Made by a program: the position numbers and the translations under genes. The notes under the pieces are model-generated. The model saw only the letters and a program-made list of their open reading frames with translations, searched no databases and was not told the origin of the DNA. DNA of 64,000 nt from Rhizaria sp. SCN 62-66 (taxonomy: Eukaryota): positions 1 to 64,000 of the forward strand of contig MEDY01000183.1 of NCBI GenBank assembly GCA_001724265.1, in the 5' to 3' direction. Numbering within the stretch: the stretch's first letter is position 1; each line of letters begins with the position of its first letter. Shown here piece after piece: positions 61,824-64,000 of this stretch.

Positions 61824-64000
61824 TCACAAATACGCCGGTAAGTTTACCGTCCCTTCTGCCCCGGCAGCCACATCGCCGACCGCAGCGCCCCCGGTGACGG
61901 CGGCGACCGACGCCTCGGCTGCAGCGCCGCGCCGCGCCTGGGCCCTGCGCGCGCTCTGGTAGTATGCGCGCCCCCACTGCGGCAGCTTGACCTGGTACGC
62001 CCAGCCCTGGCCCTCGTACTTGAGCGCGTGCAACCAAATCATCTCGCGGAACGGGTCCACGGGCAGGATGGCTGGAATCACGCCGCGGTCCACACGCTGC
62101 TCACAGTCGCTGTCGTCTTTAACGTCGCCCTCGGCGGCAGCAGACGCGGTGGGGAACGTGGAGCCACAGCAGCCACTCGCGGGGACCGTGGGGGGCTCGC
62201 GGGGGCCCCAGCGGGCGAACTCGGCCTCTGCACTCCCAGCCTCGTTAGTATGGGAGGACAGAGCGCGGGCACTCTCGCTCGCACTTGCGACGTTTGCACT
62301 GTCGCCATTCAGAGCATGCTGCTGCTCTTGAGACTGTTGCTGTGGCTGCGAATGTGTCTGCGCCAGTGTCTGCGGCTGCGGCGGTGAGCGCACGAAGTGG
62401 AAGCGGTCCTGCCACACGTCATAAGTGATGTCGCGGCACGGCAGGCAGTGCGGCGCGCGCGCCTGGCGCCACAGCCCGCGCAGGCGCGCGTCGCTCAGCG
62501 CCGCGCCGCCGCCGGGGACGACGGTGGCGCCCGCCATGGTGCCGGTCATTGCAGCCGTCGCAGTCGCCGCCGTGCAAGTTGTCGTTGCATCCGCATCTGC
62601 AGCATCTGCAGCATCTGTCGTGTTCGCGGTCACCAACGCGCTATCGCCGCTGATCGCCTGCGCAGCCTCGGCACCCGCCTTGGTACTATCGCGTGGCGCG
62701 AGGTCCTCCGCGCCGGCCCAGCATTCGGCGGTGCTCTGGCCGCCGCCATAGCGCTCGTCGTTGCCGATGGGGTGTCCGAGCCAGAGCAGGTGGACGCGGA
62801 TCTGGTGCGTGCGACCCGTGCAAGGCACGCAATGCACCAGAGACGTGTCCGTCACGGGGTCGTACGACAGCAGCCGAAACAGCGTCAGAGCAGGCTTCGG
62901 CTCCGCCAGCGGCAGCGACGCCAGACGGGACATGATCAGCCGGGCCGCGTCCGGGGCGCCTGCGCCGCCGGAGGCGTCCGGGAGGGGCGAGAAGTGCGGG
63001 GAGTCGGTCGGCGCGAAGACAGCGCTGAGACTGGCCGAGGCGGCGGCGGAGTCGCAGTCAGCGCCGGCGGTCGCGCTCAGCAGCAGCTGCTGCACGCCGG
63101 CGCCGTCGCTGCTCTCCCCGTCGCCGTCGCCGTTGCCTTCGCCTGAACCAGCCGCCGCAGTCGCACCAGAGCCAGAGCCAGCGCCAGAGCCAGAGCTGGC
63201 GTCCTTAACCTGACCTTTCTGCTGCAGCTTCTGCATCTGCTGCTGCTTCTTCATCTGCCTCCTGCTGACGGCGCCCACCTCAGCCCCCGCCCCGGCGGCG
63301 TCCGCGCCCGCGCCCCCAGCGGTGCCACCCGCAGTGTTTTTAGCGTAGAGTGCGATGGCGGCGACGGCGACATTGTGCGCGGCCTTGGCCTGCTGCACGA
63401 CGGCCGCGCGGCCCATCCCGGCGGCGCCGTTGGCGCGCACCAGGTCAGCCAGCGAGCCGGCGCCGTAGAGTCCGTACTTGGCCGAGGCCGTGGCCACAGG
63501 CAGGGTGACCGAGATCTCCCACACGGGCGCGCCGGCCTCGGGGCTGTGGGCGGATCCGCCCGCCTCGCTACTATGGGGCAGCCACGGCCACGCGTTGGCC
63601 TTGTCGCCTCTGGTGACGCTCGTAGTGCTGCCAGTGGTCGAGCTGACAGAGTTGACAGCCGTGGGCCGGTGGAGCTTCTTGACGCGCACGCCCTCACTCA
63701 CCTCCTGGCCTACGGCGCCGCATAGTGACGAGGGGGGGGTCGCGGGCACGCCCGGCGTCGGCGCCCTGGCCTTGTCCTGGAGCTCCCAGTGCTCCTGCAG
63801 CGTCGCCCACGTCGCGGGCAGCACGGCGGACCGCGCGAGCTGCGACAGACACTGGCGGCGCTGCTGCGAATGCAACTGCGAATGCTCCTCCGACTGCGGG
63901 CAGCAGCACTCAGCTTCCAACTCAGACGCGGACTGGGCCGGCGACGGTAACTGCGGCAGTGAGCAGGGACACGGCAGCGCGTGCGCCTCGTAGAGCGAGC
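61824..64000 (-). CDS. RluA-family pseudouridine synthase (RPUSD2/Pus9-like), C-terminal part; 5' end outside the window
   Basis: [43 protein letters not shown] and [22 protein letters not shown]. The frame stays open to the window edge; the catalytic HRLD motif is not in the window. Ends TGA. Confidence 0.9.
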   Translation of the reverse strand, partial: SLYEAHALPCPCSLPQLPSPAQSASELEAECCCPQSEEHSQLHSQQRRQCLSQLARSAVLPATWATLQEHWELQDKARAPTPGVPATPPSSLCGAVGQEVSEGVRVKKLHRPTAVNSVSSTTGSTTSVTRGDKANAWPWLPHSSEAGGSAHSPEAGAPVWEISVTLPVATASAKYGLYGAGSLADLVRANGAAGMGRAAVVQQAKAAHNVAVAAIALYAKNTAGGTAGGAGADAAGAGAEVGAVSRRQMKKQQQMQKLQQKGQVKDASSGSGAGSGSGATAAAGSGEGNGDGDGESSDGAGVQQLLLSATAGADCDSAAASASLSAVFAPTDSPHFSPLPDASGGAGAPDAARLIMSRLASLPLAEPKPALTLFRLLSYDPVTDTSLVHCVPCTGRTHQIRVHLLWLGHPIGNDERYGGGQSTAECWAGAEDLAPRDSTKAGAEAAQAISGDSALVTANTTDAADAADADATTTCTAATATAAMTGTMAGATVVPGGGAALSDARLRGLWRQARAPHCLPCRDITYDVWQDRFHFVRSPPQPQTLAQTHSQPQQQSQEQQHALNGDSANVASASESARALSSHTNEAGSAEAEFARWGPREPPTVPASGCCGSTFPTASAAAEGDVKDDSDCEQRVDRGVIPAILPVDPFREMIWLHALKYEGQGWAYQVKLPQWGRAYYQSARRAQARRGAAAEASVAAVTGGAAVGDVAAGAEGTVNLPAYL

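Overview
Gene-dense window from the nuclear genome of a flagellated eukaryote. GC-rich, Ala/Ser/Gly/Gln low-complexity exons alternate with AT-rich spacers and short (104-283 nt) GT-AG introns. I can build 14 protein-coding gene models: RPL32 (partial), CHD1-type remodeller, a small Cys-rich GPI-type surface protein, a ~2,700-aa rhomboid-like protein, three low-complexity orphans with AT-hook-like motifs, RNase H2A, a myristoylation-motif/BSD-like/Gfo-Idh-MocA fusion, a Cys-rich EGF-like type I membrane protein, IFT25, a PH-FYVE-C2-PRT_C protein, WDR5 and a partial RluA-family pseudouridine synthase. The main discovery is a probable non-standard nuclear genetic code. Five in-frame TAG codons split otherwise continuous reading frames in four genes (13818, 29709, 40117, 56566, 56197) and a sixth (30399) sits four codons before a TAA. 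No in-frame TAA or TGA interrupts any model. Twelve of the 13 gene ends in the window are unambiguously TAA or TGA; the 13th is TAA if TAG 30399 is read through. This suggests UAG alone is a sense codon. Gln is the simplest reading because two TAGs lie in poly-Q tracts, but Leu cannot be excluded from this window. Also noted: a tight GTACG 5' splice-site consensus, and tandem duplications that copy the stop codon at two gene ends. No tRNA, rRNA, CRISPR array or mobile element was recognised. All gene models were assembled by hand and protein family calls rest on motif recognition, not database searches.
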